Shown one piece after another: positions 1-8,918 of a stretch of 64,000 nucleotides of DNA; position 1 is the stretch's first letter; each line of letters opens with the position of its first letter. The position numbers and the translations under genes were made by a program. The notes under the pieces were generated by a model. It did not search any database, had not been told where the DNA came from, and saw only the letters and a list, made by a program, of their open reading frames with translations. Origin of the DNA: Alphaproteobacteria bacterium (GTDB taxonomy: Bacteria; Pseudomonadota; Alphaproteobacteria; SP197). Location: NCBI GenBank assembly GCA_965228895.1, contig OZ245842.1:4416001-4480000 (forward strand), in the 5' to 3' direction.

Positions 1-347
1 TGAGCCAAGGTAGCGTGATCGACCCTCAGTGTCTGGGCTTCCTCCTCCGAGCGGCGCAGCTTCTTGCGCGCAAAGATGCCAAGGACGCCCATGACGATCA
101 GGATAACGCCGCCGACCAGACGTACGGTGTTCTGGTGATCGGTCAGGAAGGTCTGGACGAAGGCGACCGAGAACATGGCGAGCGCGCCGAATACCGTATC
201 GGCAATCGCCGCGCCGAGACCCGTGACATAACCCGTCAGGCGGCCATCGGTCAGGGTTCGCTGAATACAAAGGACGGCGACCGGCCCGACCGGCGCCGCC
301 ACAAGAAATCCGATTACAGCGCCCATAACAACGGCGGAAAAATCCAT
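1..347 (-). CDS. LysE/RhtB family translocator (partial, runs off window start)
   Basis: Not in the ORF track. Manual minus-strand translation from ATG at 347 gives MDFSAVVMGAVIGFLVAAPVGPVAVLCIQRTLTDGRLTGYVTGLGAAIADTVFG..., with the LysE N-terminal APVGP...G...G.G.A.AD pattern. Confidence 0.85.
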   Translation of the reverse strand, partial: MDFSAVVMGAVIGFLVAAPVGPVAVLCIQRTLTDGRLTGYVTGLGAAIADTVFGALAMFSVAFVQTFLTDHQNTVRLVGGVILIVMGVLGIFARKKLRRSEEEAQTLRVDHATLA

Positions 348-431
348 CAAAACGCCCCGAACATGCCCGCCGGCCAGCCCCCAACGTGTACAGGCTGAGG
401 CCGCAGCTTGCAAACCCGGCGGCATCCTGCC

Positions 432-445
432 TTGCTCTACATCAA
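432..445. promoter_or_regulatory. Putative FNR/FixK-type box upstream of usp
   Basis: TTGCT-CTAC-ATCAA, one mismatch to TTGAT-N4-ATCAA. A -10-like TATGAT lies at 473-478. USP genes are frequent FixK/Fnr targets in Alphaproteobacteria. Confidence 0.45.
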
Positions 446-509
446 TGCGTCATGGTGAAGACAATTGCACGTTATGATAATGCGTGACGTGGGATAGAAG
501 GAGAACACC

Positions 510-1337
510 ATGACCCTGCGCAACATCCTGGTCCATGTGGCCGAAGACGAACGCTGCGGCGAACGCGTCGCTCTGGCGTGTGATCTGGCGGCAAAAAACG
601 ACGGTATGGTGACCGGGCTGTTCGTCAGGCCGTACCCGATTATTGTGCCGGCGATGCCGCCGGGCGGAGCGGTGACCGTGGTCGAGGACCTGGTCGAGGT
701 CTATGACGCCTCGTCGAAGCGCACAAAGAAGGCTTTTGACGAGCTGACATCGGCTAAGGGCGTCCGGGCGCAATGGCACAGTGACCAGGGCGAGACCGAT
801 GAATGCTTGGCGTTTCACGCCCGCTACAGTGATCTTGTCGTGGTCGGCCAATGGTCGCCGGACGACCCTGCCGAGGCCGGGACGGTCGATCTGGGCGGCG
901 CTGTGGCGCTTGGCGCCGGCCGGCCGGTGCTTATCGTGCCTTATGCCGGCAAGTTCACGGCCGACTGGAAACGCATCATGGTGGCGTGGGATTCCAGCCG
1001 TGCCGCGACCCGCGCGGTCCACGACGCGCTCGACTTCATGAAGGCGGCCGAACAGGTCGACATCGTGTGTGTCGACGCCGATCAATCGGAAGACCGCGAT
1101 CCCGGCGCCGACATCGCCGCCCATCTGGCCCAGCACGGGATCAAGGCCAAGGCCCATCATGTGACCCGCGGCAGCCTGACCACCGCCGAGACGCTGAACT
1201 CAACGGCGTCCGACATGGATAGCGACCTGCTGGTCATGGGCGCCTATGGCCACACGCGCCTGACCGAGATCGTCTTCGGCGGCGTCAGCCGGAACCTGCT
1301 GCAGCACATGACACTGCCGATCTTGATGTCCCACTAG
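510..1337 (+). CDS. Universal stress protein (tandem USP domains)
   Basis: N-terminal RNILVHV, internal SDLVVVGQ...GRPVLIVP, RIMVAWDSSRAATRAVHDA, C-terminal DLLVMGAYGHTRLTEIVFGGVSRNLL...PILMSH. RBS AAGGAG. Confidence 0.95.
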   Translation: MTLRNILVHVAEDERCGERVALACDLAAKNDGMVTGLFVRPYPIIVPAMPPGGAVTVVEDLVEVYDASSKRTKKAFDELTSAKGVRAQWHSDQGETDECLAFHARYSDLVVVGQWSPDDPAEAGTVDLGGAVALGAGRPVLIVPYAGKFTADWKRIMVAWDSSRAATRAVHDALDFMKAAEQVDIVCVDADQSEDRDPGADIAAHLAQHGIKAKAHHVTRGSLTTAETLNSTASDMDSDLLVMGAYGHTRLTEIVFGGVSRNLLQHMTLPILMSH

Positions 1338-1350
1338 GGCGTTATTCGTT

Positions 1351-1467
1351 TAGACGATCTCGGCACCAGCCCACTCCCCCCGCCCGGCCACCCATGGCAG
1401 CATCCTCGGGGTGACCTCGGCGAAAACGCCTGTTGGCGTTTTGCCCCGGAGGTGGGGGAGTCTGGCG
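1351..1467. repeat. REP-like palindromic element, family A copy 1 (with an inserted hairpin)
   Basis: CCAGCCCACTCCCCCCGCCCGGCCACCCATGGCAGCATCCTCGGGGTGACC...GGTGGGGGAG matches the reverse complement of 4160-4241. It lies between convergent genes and carries an extra hairpin GGCGAAAACGCC-TGTT-GGCGTTTTGCC at 1419-1445. Confidence 0.8.
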
Positions 1468-1511
1468 TTGCCAGTTGACCAGATTGTGCCCGAGACACGA
1501 TCGGAGATAAG

Positions 1512-2252
1512 TCACGCGATCAGGCGTCGGCGCCACAGGGAGCGATAGGGACCCCGGCAGGCCTCGGCGATGGCTTCCAGATCGTCAGGCAGGTCGATGG
1601 TCTTGGGTTCGTAGGGCCGAAAACCCGTTGATGCCTCGACACTGGCGTACCAATGCGCCGACCAGACACCGTCGCTCGGGCGCGGCCCCTGGGGCCAGGA
1701 CAGCATGGCGTCGTCGAACGGGACCTCGAGCGCATCACAAAGCGCCCTGAGCATCGCCTCGGGATTGCGCAGTACGTCGGCCGCATCGATGACCGGCGGC
1801 GTCTGACCTGTGCGTTCGACCACCTCGTCATAGAGCTCGGCCTGCAGCGCGGCGCCCAGGTCTGCGGGTGTCACGCTGGCACGCTTGGCCGCATAGGAGG
1901 CCAGCATTTCGCTGGGATCGCGGATCAGGAAGGCGTGTTTGACATGGCGGAACCAGTCCCGGTCGACCTCCGGGATCATGTGGTGGGTCATGTGTTTCTG
2001 GTACCAGATGTCCACGCCACCGGGCCCGGGTCCGACGATATCGGCCACAACCTCCCCCCAGTTGTTGGGCTGGGAGGCGATCACTTCGTCGCGCATGGGA
2101 TGCTCGATACCGGTGGTCTTCAGATAGTGGGCGTAGAACGGCTCATCGATGACCTTCGTATCGGCCCGGTTCTCCCACGACCGCATCATCGCCGTCGAGA
2201 TGTTCCGTGGTCCCGACCACATGGCGATGCGAACCGTCACGACGCCGGGCAC
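1512..2252 (-). CDS. Sulfotransferase-like (P-loop) protein associated with class IV aminotransferase
   Basis: RIAMWSGPRNISTAMMRSW, DEPFYA.YL, YQKHMTHH, FLIRDP, MLSWP.GPR..DGVW..HWY motifs. Overlaps the upstream aminotransferase. Confidence 0.85.
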   Translation of the reverse strand: MPGVVTVRIAMWSGPRNISTAMMRSWENRADTKVIDEPFYAHYLKTTGIEHPMRDEVIASQPNNWGEVVADIVGPGPGGVDIWYQKHMTHHMIPEVDRDWFRHVKHAFLIRDPSEMLASYAAKRASVTPADLGAALQAELYDEVVERTGQTPPVIDAADVLRNPEAMLRALCDALEVPFDDAMLSWPQGPRPSDGVWSAHWYASVEASTGFRPYEPKTIDLPDDLEAIAEACRGPYRSLWRRRLIA

Positions 2253-3157
2253 TCCCGTTCGATCAGGTCGCCATAGAGCGCACGCAGGCGCGTCGTCACC
2301 GCACCGGGCATGGCGCCCTGGCCAATGCTGCGGCCGTCGACCGATGCGACCGGCGTCAGGCCCGCGAAGGTACCGGTGATGAAGGCCTCGTCGGCGTCAT
2401 AAACCTCGGTCAGGCTAAAGTCTTTTTCGAAGGCCTTGATGCCGTTCTCCGCACACAAGTCGAGCACGTTCCGCCGTGTGATGCCGTGCAGGCAGTAGCG
2501 GCCTGTCGAGGTCCAGACTTCGCCGCCGCGCACGACAAAAAAATGCGTGGAGTTGCAGGTCGCCACGAAACCGTGGGGGTCCAGCATCAACGCCTCGTCG
2601 GCGCCGGCCTTGGCAGCCTGGATGCACGCGGTGATGCAGTTGAGCTTGCTGTGGCTGTTCAGCATGGGGTCCTGGACGTCCGGCGCGCCGCGCCGCACGT
2701 GGACGGTGAACAGGCTGACACCGCCCTCGCGTTCGGCGGCTTCCTTGTATTCGGGGATCATGACGATGGTCGCGCCGCCGATATTGACGCGCGGATCCTG
2801 ATAAGGCGTCGCCTTCAGACCCCGGGTCACCATTAGCCGGATGTGCACGCCAGACGTCATGCCGTTTGCGTTGACCGTCTTGTCGATCTCGCCTGCCAGT
2901 TGGTCCGGCGTCATGCCGATGTCGAGATCGATGGCCTTGGCGCCCTGGTAGAGCCGTCGGAGATGCTGGTCGAGAAATGCCACCTTGCCGTTGTGCAAGC
3001 GCAAACCTTCCCAGACGCCGTCGCCCAGGATGAAGCCGGAATCAAACACGCTGACCCGCGCCTCGTCACGCGGCACGATGTCGCCGTTGACGTAGATCTG
3101 GATGTCCGCATTGCGCGGATCGTCGACATAGTGATGGGTTCCGCGATCAGCGGTCAT
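2237..3157 (-). CDS. Class IV PLP aminotransferase (BCAT/D-amino acid aminotransferase-like)
   Basis: SVFDSGFILGDGVWEGLR, NSHSKLN (PLP Lys), CLHGITR, ADEAFITGTFAG. Confidence 0.93.
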   Translation of the reverse strand: MTADRGTHHYVDDPRNADIQIYVNGDIVPRDEARVSVFDSGFILGDGVWEGLRLHNGKVAFLDQHLRRLYQGAKAIDLDIGMTPDQLAGEIDKTVNANGMTSGVHIRLMVTRGLKATPYQDPRVNIGGATIVMIPEYKEAAEREGGVSLFTVHVRRGAPDVQDPMLNSHSKLNCITACIQAAKAGADEALMLDPHGFVATCNSTHFFVVRGGEVWTSTGRYCLHGITRRNVLDLCAENGIKAFEKDFSLTEVYDADEAFITGTFAGLTPVASVDGRSIGQGAMPGAVTTRLRALYGDLIERECPAS

Positions 3158-3250
3158 TATCCTTCCCCGGCATTGCCCAACCGACCACGGTCAGAATAGG
3201 CTCTAGATTGTACCGCCGGGTCAAGACGCTTGGCGAGAAAGCGGGGGACC

Positions 3251-4135
3251 ATGACATCTGTCGAATGCGTGCTCGATGCCAAGGCGGTGCTTGGCGAGTG
3301 CCCGATGTGGCACGACGGCGAGCAGAAGCTCTACTGGGTCGATGCCGAGCGCGGAGAATTACACCGTTTCGACCCTGCCAGCGGCGCAGACGAACACCGC
3401 AAGTTGGCCGACCACATCGGCAGTTTCGCGTTTCGCGAACAGGGTGGCCTGGTGGCCGCGCTCGACAACAGCTTCGCCTATGTCGACTTCGACACCGGTA
3501 CGATCACGCCGATCGCGGACGTCGAGGCGGACAATTCCGGCACCACGTTCAACGACGGCCGCGCCGCGCCCGGCGGCCAGTTCTTCGCCGGCACCATGGG
3601 CGTGCCGATGACGCCGGGCGAGACGCCGGGCGGGTTCTACCGGCTGGACCCCGACGGCTCGGTGACGAAAATCTGCGGCGGCATGGGCACATCGAACGGC
3701 CTTGCCTTCAGCCCGGATGGCCGGACGCTCTATCATTCCGACAGCCTGCCCAGCGTTCAGACCATCTGGGCCTGGGATCACGACCCCGCGACCGGCACTG
3801 TGGAAAATCGCCGGGTGTTCGCCACCACCCACGACCTGCCCGGCAGGCCGGACGGCGGCACGATCGACGCCGAGGGTTTCTATTGGTCGGCCAATGTGGA
3901 CGGTTGGCAGATCATCCGGTTCGCACCCGACGGCTCGGTTGACCGCACCATCGCCATGCCGGTGCAGAAACCGTCCATGCCCTGCTTCGGCGGTCCCGAC
4001 CTCGACATCCTCTATGTGACGTCGATCAGCGACGGCGGCTACGCGCCGATGGCGCCCGACCAGCCCCTAGCGGGCGGTCTCTTCGCCTGCCGGCCGGGCG
4101 TCAAGGGACTGCCGACGGCACGCTTCGCCGGTTAA
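3251..4135 (+). CDS. SMP-30/gluconolactonase/LRE family protein
   Basis: LGECPMW, FNDGR, SNGLAFSPDG, GRPDGGTIDAEG, PCFGGPDLD.LYVTS. ATG at 3251 follows a GGGGG RBS-like run. Confidence 0.93.
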   Translation: MTSVECVLDAKAVLGECPMWHDGEQKLYWVDAERGELHRFDPASGADEHRKLADHIGSFAFREQGGLVAALDNSFAYVDFDTGTITPIADVEADNSGTTFNDGRAAPGGQFFAGTMGVPMTPGETPGGFYRLDPDGSVTKICGGMGTSNGLAFSPDGRTLYHSDSLPSVQTIWAWDHDPATGTVENRRVFATTHDLPGRPDGGTIDAEGFYWSANVDGWQIIRFAPDGSVDRTIAMPVQKPSMPCFGGPDLDILYVTSISDGGYAPMAPDQPLAGGLFACRPGVKGLPTARFAG

Positions 4136-4159
4136 GACCTCTTTGAGCGCGGTCGCCTG

Positions 4160-4241
4160 GCCGGCCCGCTCCCCCACCCGGCCACCCCAAGGATGCTGCC
4201 ATGGGTGGCCGGGTGGGGGAGCGGGCTGGCGATGCCGTCTA
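4160..4241. repeat. REP-like palindromic element, family A copy 2
   Basis: Long stem GCCCGCTCCCCCACCCGGCCACCC...GGGTGGCCGGGTGGGGGAGCGGGC between convergent genes. Homologous to 1351-1467. Confidence 0.8.
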
Positions 4242-4245
4242 CAGA

Positions 4246-5142
4246 CTAAGCAGCCTTGGCGATCAGCGTGTGCAGCCGGGCAATGTGCTCGGGCATGGTG
4301 CCGCAGCAACCGCCGACAATACGCGCGCCCTTAGCGATCCATTTCGCGACGTGCGCGGCATAGGCTTTGGCGTCCATGTCGTCACGGTGGGCGATGTTCT
4401 TGGCATTCGGGTCGATGGGATGGAACGTGTTCGCGTAGCCGCCGGTTGGCGTTCCCAAAGCCAGCAGCGCCGGCAGGCCGCGCGTGACCGCCTCCGGCGA
4501 ACAGCAATTGGCAAGGAAGACGGAGACCGCGCCGCCCTCGACGGAAGCCGCGGCGTCATTAATCGGCGTGCCGTCCTTCAGGCAGCCATCCTTTGCCTCG
4601 TGCAGCGACCAGCCGATCCAGACCGGTTTGCCGGTCGCCCCGGCGGCCGCCGCAACGGCGCGGGTCTCGGCGATGGTCGTCAGGGTTTCGCCGATGAAGA
4701 AATCGACAAAGGGTGCCAGCAGCGCGGCCTGCTCGGCATAGAGCTCTGTCAGCCGCGTCTCGGCACCGACCATTGCGGGATCATAGCTCGATGACAGCGG
4801 CGGCAGGGAACCGGCAATCAGGATGCCGCGGCCTTGGGCATCACGCGCGGCGACCGCCAGTTCGCCGGCGATCCGGTTGAGATCGCCGAACCGTTCCTCG
4901 TTGCCGATCTCGGCCATGAAGGAACGCACGACGCCATAGGTATTGGTGATGATGGCGTCGGCGCCCGCGTCAATGAACGCTTCGTGCAGTTCCTGCACAA
5001 CATCCGGCGCCTCGATCAGCGCCCGGCCCGACCAGAACGGCGAGCCCTTCTGATTCAACTGACGTTTGGCGATGGCCTCGCCCATGCCGCCGTCCAACAG
5101 GAAGGGACGATCGGCGGGCAGACGAACAGTCGGCATGGTCAT
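4246..5142 (-). CDS. Homocysteine S-methyltransferase family protein
   Basis: LLDGGMG, H.AFIDAGA.AIITNTY, IAGSLPPL..SY, ANCC, GGYAN, GGCCG Zn ligands. Start at 5142 chosen after GGAG/AGGA. Confidence 0.92.
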   Translation of the reverse strand: MTMPTVRLPADRPFLLDGGMGEAIAKRQLNQKGSPFWSGRALIEAPDVVQELHEAFIDAGADAIITNTYGVVRSFMAEIGNEERFGDLNRIAGELAVAARDAQGRGILIAGSLPPLSSSYDPAMVGAETRLTELYAEQAALLAPFVDFFIGETLTTIAETRAVAAAAGATGKPVWIGWSLHEAKDGCLKDGTPINDAAASVEGGAVSVFLANCCSPEAVTRGLPALLALGTPTGGYANTFHPIDPNAKNIAHRDDMDAKAYAAHVAKWIAKGARIVGGCCGTMPEHIARLHTLIAKAA

Positions 5143-5254
5143 GGTGTTCCTGCTCTCCGCGATATCGGCGCGCCAAGCCATAGCCGATAAGCCGTTGGTT
5201 GGCATCCCCCGACCATGCCATCATGTGGTCAACCAGAACGGGAGGGACACCACG

Positions 5255-6019
5255 ATGGCGCGCGCCGCGACAACCAGGTCACGCAAACAAAAGAACATTC
5301 ATGCGCTGTGGCTGGCCACCGCGAACACCGCCGCTGTCGAACTCGCCAAGCTGCACGGCTATGACGGCATCTGCCTGGATCTCGAACACGGCGCGTTCAA
5401 CCGCGCGGATGTCGACCTCATGTTCGCCATGACGCGCGGCATGCGGTTGAAGTCCTTCGCGCGCGTCGCTGCGCCGGAACGGATCGAGATCCAGCAGACA
5501 CTGGACTCCGGCGCCGACGGCGTCATCATCCCCCACATCGATAACCTCGAGCACGCGGCGCTCGTGACCGGCTATGCGAAGTACCCGCCGCTCGGCGACC
5601 GCAGCGTCGGCGGCGGGCGCACCTGGGACTGGGGCGATCCGCCCAAGGGCTGGGTCGCCAAGGAAAATCGCCGCGTGATGTGCATGCCGATGATCGAGAC
5701 GGCGGGCGCCTTGGCCGATGTCAAAGAGATCCTGGACCTGCCGACAACCGACGGCCTGTTCCTGGGACCGTTCGACCTGCATATGGCGCGCCGGCCCAAG
5801 GAGCCGTTGGGCAGCCCGGGCGACCTGAAAGACCGCGACCGGGTCGCGCGCGCCGCCAACAAGGCCGGCAAGATTTGGGGCATGAACGTCTATTCCGAGG
5901 ACGACATGAAAGCTGCCAACCGCCTCGGCCTCGGTTTCGCTGCCCTGGTCGACGACATCGCCGCGCTCTCGATGAGCCTGGAGCGCGTGATCGCGGACTC
6001 ACGCCGGATCATCGGCTGA
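5255..6019 (+). CDS. HpcH/HpaI aldolase family protein
   Basis: GYDGICLDLEHG, LDSGADGVIIPHI, KYPPLGDRS, MIET, DGLFLGPFDL. RBS GGAGG before ATG 5255. Confidence 0.92.
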   Translation: MARAATTRSRKQKNIHALWLATANTAAVELAKLHGYDGICLDLEHGAFNRADVDLMFAMTRGMRLKSFARVAAPERIEIQQTLDSGADGVIIPHIDNLEHAALVTGYAKYPPLGDRSVGGGRTWDWGDPPKGWVAKENRRVMCMPMIETAGALADVKEILDLPTTDGLFLGPFDLHMARRPKEPLGSPGDLKDRDRVARAANKAGKIWGMNVYSEDDMKAANRLGLGFAALVDDIAALSMSLERVIADSRRIIG

Positions 6020-6291
6020 TGGCCCTCTTCGACATGGCCCGCCACGTGCAGGTCAAGGCGCTCTTGGAGAAGCTCGCCGAGGTCGAGGACAGCCTGACGT
6101 TCAATGAGCTGGAGATGGTGCGCCATCTGAAGGCGAAGTACGACGATCCCGGCCCCAATGACTTCGACGACACCACGGTGCTGGAGGTCATCCTGCGCAA
6201 TGTCGAGATCCGCAAGGGTTTCGACATGGACGTCAAGACCGATCCCGGCCGCGTCATCCCGGTCGAACCGCGAAAGAAGGATGAGGACTAA
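6019..6291 (+). CDS. Hypothetical protein, 90 aa (MALFDMARHVQVKALL...)
   Basis: ATG overlaps the aldolase stop (TGATG). Host-like codon usage. No family recognised. Confidence 0.75.
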   Translation: MALFDMARHVQVKALLEKLAEVEDSLTFNELEMVRHLKAKYDDPGPNDFDDTTVLEVILRNVEIRKGFDMDVKTDPGRVIPVEPRKKDED

Positions 6292-6397
6292 ATTGTGACT
6301 AACTCCTACTTGGCACTGACACTGAGCATGTCACTTCAAGTGCAAAAGTCAGCGAGAAGAACTATATTTGGTTGAAGATGTACACGGGAGAGGTCGG

Positions 6398-6622
6398 ATG
6401 ACGAAGAAGGGTCAGCATGTTGTGCCAAGTGGCGGGAAATGGAGCGTTCGAAGCGCCGGGGCCAAGCGAGCTAGTGGTACTTTCAACACACAGAAGGAAG
6501 CGATCGACAATGCCCGAGAGAAGGCGCAGAAGCAGGGCACAGAACTGTACATTCACGGTCGCGATGGACGAATACGTGAGCGCAGTTCATTTGGAAATGA
6601 TCCGCATCCACCGAAGGGATAG
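6398..6622 (+). CDS. DUF2188 domain protein
   Basis: QHVVP..GKWSV...GA.RAS..F.TQKEAI..AR..A.....EL.IHGRDGRIRER.SFGNDP.PPKG matches the family pattern. RBS GGAGAGG. Confidence 0.9.
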   Translation: MTKKGQHVVPSGGKWSVRSAGAKRASGTFNTQKEAIDNAREKAQKQGTELYIHGRDGRIRERSSFGNDPHPPKG

Positions 6623-6625
6623 TCG

Positions 6626-7270
6626 GTGTCTGACCGTCCGTTCGAGCGGTCTGTCTTCGTAAACTGCCCATTCGACAGCGAGTATGCTCCACTTCTTGAA
6701 GCTGCGTTGTTCTGCGTAATCTATTTTGGCTACTCGCCTAGACTTGCTAACGAGCGACTTGAAGCTGGAGAAAACCGCCTCGACAAAATTTGCAAAATGC
6801 TGAGAGAGTCAAAGTACTCCATACATGATCTATCCAGATGCAAAGCTCGAAAGGAGAACGATTCCTTCAGAATGAACATGCCGTTCGAGTTCGGAATCGA
6901 TGTAGGTCTAAGACGCAGTGGAGTTCGACGCTTTCGCGACAAGAAGTTCCTCGTACTTGAGGAAAAACGGTTCGACTTGAAGAGTTCTCTTTCTGACATC
7001 GCGGGGCAGGATGTCGAGTTTCATGGCCGTGACTTTGAGCTTGTGATTAAGAGGGTAAGAGACTTCTTTCGTGTTGAGGCCAATGTCTCCGCGCCGGGTC
7101 GAAAGCGGCTTCTATCTGACTATGTAACCTTTCAGGGCTGGATGACTGAAAAGAAGATCTATGAGGGTCATTCTGAGAGTGATGCCGTGAATCTTCCAAC
7201 ACGCGAACGCCTTGACGAAATGCAGGAATGGGTTGCTTTAGGCAAACCCGAAGACTTTAGACCCATCTAA
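6626..7270 (+). CDS. Uncharacterised protein with an NDT/TIR-like (flavodoxin-like) fold signature, low GC
   Basis: VFVNCPFD...GYSPRLA...RLDKI...SKYSIHDLSR...MNMPFEFG resembles the F...PF / I.D.S / N...ELG pattern of nucleoside 2-deoxyribosyltransferase-like proteins. The fold call is inference. Confidence 0.7.
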   Translation: MSDRPFERSVFVNCPFDSEYAPLLEAALFCVIYFGYSPRLANERLEAGENRLDKICKMLRESKYSIHDLSRCKARKENDSFRMNMPFEFGIDVGLRRSGVRRFRDKKFLVLEEKRFDLKSSLSDIAGQDVEFHGRDFELVIKRVRDFFRVEANVSAPGRKRLLSDYVTFQGWMTEKKIYEGHSESDAVNLPTRERLDEMQEWVALGKPEDFRPI

Positions 7271-7322
7271 CAGACCTAAGGCGCTTCCTAACCCGCTTGC
7301 CTTGTGTAGTTCATGTTTGCCG

Positions 7323-7571
7323 TCAGCCGCCTCTGAGCGGCACCAGGATGGCGAGTTCGTCGCCGTTCTCCAGCGCCTTGGTGGCGCGCTCGGCTTTCGG
7401 CACGGCGGTGCCGTTGACGCTGATCAGATAGGCGCCATCGGGAAAGCCGAGTTTGCTCATGACAAGCTGCGGCGTCGCGCCGTCATCGACGTCGATCTCG
7501 GCCCGGTTGTCCTGGCCGCCGCCCGGCAGGTACTTGGCGTAGGCGCCGGAGACCCTCAATCGCACGATCAT
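7323..7571 (-). CDS. MoaD/ThiS family sulfur-carrier protein
   Basis: 82 aa, ISVNG, C-terminal GG (PLRGG). Last gene of the AOR operon. Confidence 0.92.
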   Translation of the reverse strand: MIVRLRVSGAYAKYLPGGGQDNRAEIDVDDGATPQLVMSKLGFPDGAYLISVNGTAVPKAERATKALENGDELAILVPLRGG

Positions 7572-8824
7572 GGGTGCTGCAGAACCCCCTGGGTACGTTC
7601 CAGATAGGCGTGCATGATGAGGTGCGGGTCTTCCATCAGGCGATCCTTCCAGGTGCCCAAGGGAACCTCGGTCTGGATCAGGCCGCGCAGCACGCCGACA
7701 TGCTGGGTCAGGCCCAGCGACAGCGAGCCCACCAGCTTGTCGTCCTTGAAGTTCAAACGCAGATAGGTGGAGCGCGCGGAGTCGACGGCGATCGACTCAT
7801 CGCCGCCTTCGGCGCCATCCCACAGGCCGTAGGAGCTTGAGATCAGGCCCAAGGTGTTCAGCACGTTCATGACCAGGCTGCCGCGGTAAGGCGTCTTGTG
7901 GCCGGTCATGTTGCGCGCGGCGATGCGGCCATGCTCGCTTGCCGTCGGCTGGATCGCGTGCACGTCGTAACCGCCGGTCGAGAAGTCCGGACCTTCGGCG
8001 ACGTCGCCGGCGGCATAGACGTTGGCGACAGAGGTCTCCATGAAATGGTTCACCTTGATGCCCGTCGACGTCTCGATGCCGGAGCCGTCCAGGAATGCGA
8101 TGTTGGGCTTGACGCCGGTAGCGCAGACGACGAGGTCCGCGTCCAGGCCCTTGTCGTCGTTGTTGAGCGTCAGGTGCAGACCGTTGGCGCCCTGCTCGAC
8201 CGCATCGACACGGGTCGACGTCAGGACCTTGACGCCCTTGTCTTCACACCAGGCCTTGATGATGTCGCCGCCGGTCTTGTCCATCATGCGCGCGACCATG
8301 CGATCTTCCATTTCGATGACCGTCAGCTCGACACCGCGCGCGACGAGCGCTTCAAGAATAATGCAGCCGATGAAGCCGGCGCCCATCAGGACGACCTTGT
8401 CGCCCTTCTTGGTTTTGCTGACGATGTGGCGGGCGTCTTCCAGCGTCCAACAGGACTCCACGTTGTCGAGATCCATGCCGGGGATCGGCGGCCGCACGGG
8501 GTGCGAACCGGTGGCCAACAGGAGTTTGTCGAAGTTGAGCGAACCGCCGTCTTCAAGCGTGACTTCGCCCTTGTCGGCAGCAACGGAAGCGACGCGGCCA
8601 TGGCGCACGTCGATATTGAGGTTGTCGAAATGGCCGGCGCCGTGGCGCAGATGGGTGCCCTCCTCGACGATGTTCTCGGCCAGAAGATAGGGGATCGCCA
8701 TGCGCGAATAAGGCGCTTCCGGCTCTTCGCCGATCAGCGTGATGCCAGCCGAACGGTCGAGCTTTCTCAGGTTTTCCGCAGCAATCACACCGGCAGGTCC
8801 GGCGCCGACAACGACATGGTTCAT
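7568..8824 (-). CDS. aorC: FAD/NAD(P)-dependent oxidoreductase, AOR flavoprotein subunit (AorC-like)
   Basis: VVVGAGPAG, LLLATGS, MGAGFIG, TS...VYAAGD. Operon position matches the Aromatoleum-type aorABC arrangement. Confidence 0.85.
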   Translation of the reverse strand: MNHVVVGAGPAGVIAAENLRKLDRSAGITLIGEEPEAPYSRMAIPYLLAENIVEEGTHLRHGAGHFDNLNIDVRHGRVASVAADKGEVTLEDGGSLNFDKLLLATGSHPVRPPIPGMDLDNVESCWTLEDARHIVSKTKKGDKVVLMGAGFIGCIILEALVARGVELTVIEMEDRMVARMMDKTGGDIIKAWCEDKGVKVLTSTRVDAVEQGANGLHLTLNNDDKGLDADLVVCATGVKPNIAFLDGSGIETSTGIKVNHFMETSVANVYAAGDVAEGPDFSTGGYDVHAIQPTASEHGRIAARNMTGHKTPYRGSLVMNVLNTLGLISSSYGLWDGAEGGDESIAVDSARSTYLRLNFKDDKLVGSLSLGLTQHVGVLRGLIQTEVPLGTWKDRLMEDPHLIMHAYLERTQGVLQHP

Positions 8825-8853
8825 GACAGTCCCCTCAACATAATCACGCCCGT

Positions 8854-8886
8854 CCGACCGCCCCGTCTAGTGATCGAGGCGGTCGG
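8854..8886. other. Intra-operon stem-loop between aorB and aorC
   Basis: CCGACCGCC (8854-8862) pairs perfectly with GGCGGTCGG (8878-8886). No U-tract follows. Confidence 0.5.
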
Positions 8887-8918
8887 CGGTACGCCGTTTC
8901 TTAGCGGCCGTGCGAGCT

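Noticed and set aside
15-398. Plus-strand 127-aa ORF
   Set aside because: It is the shadow of the minus-strand LysE-family gene.
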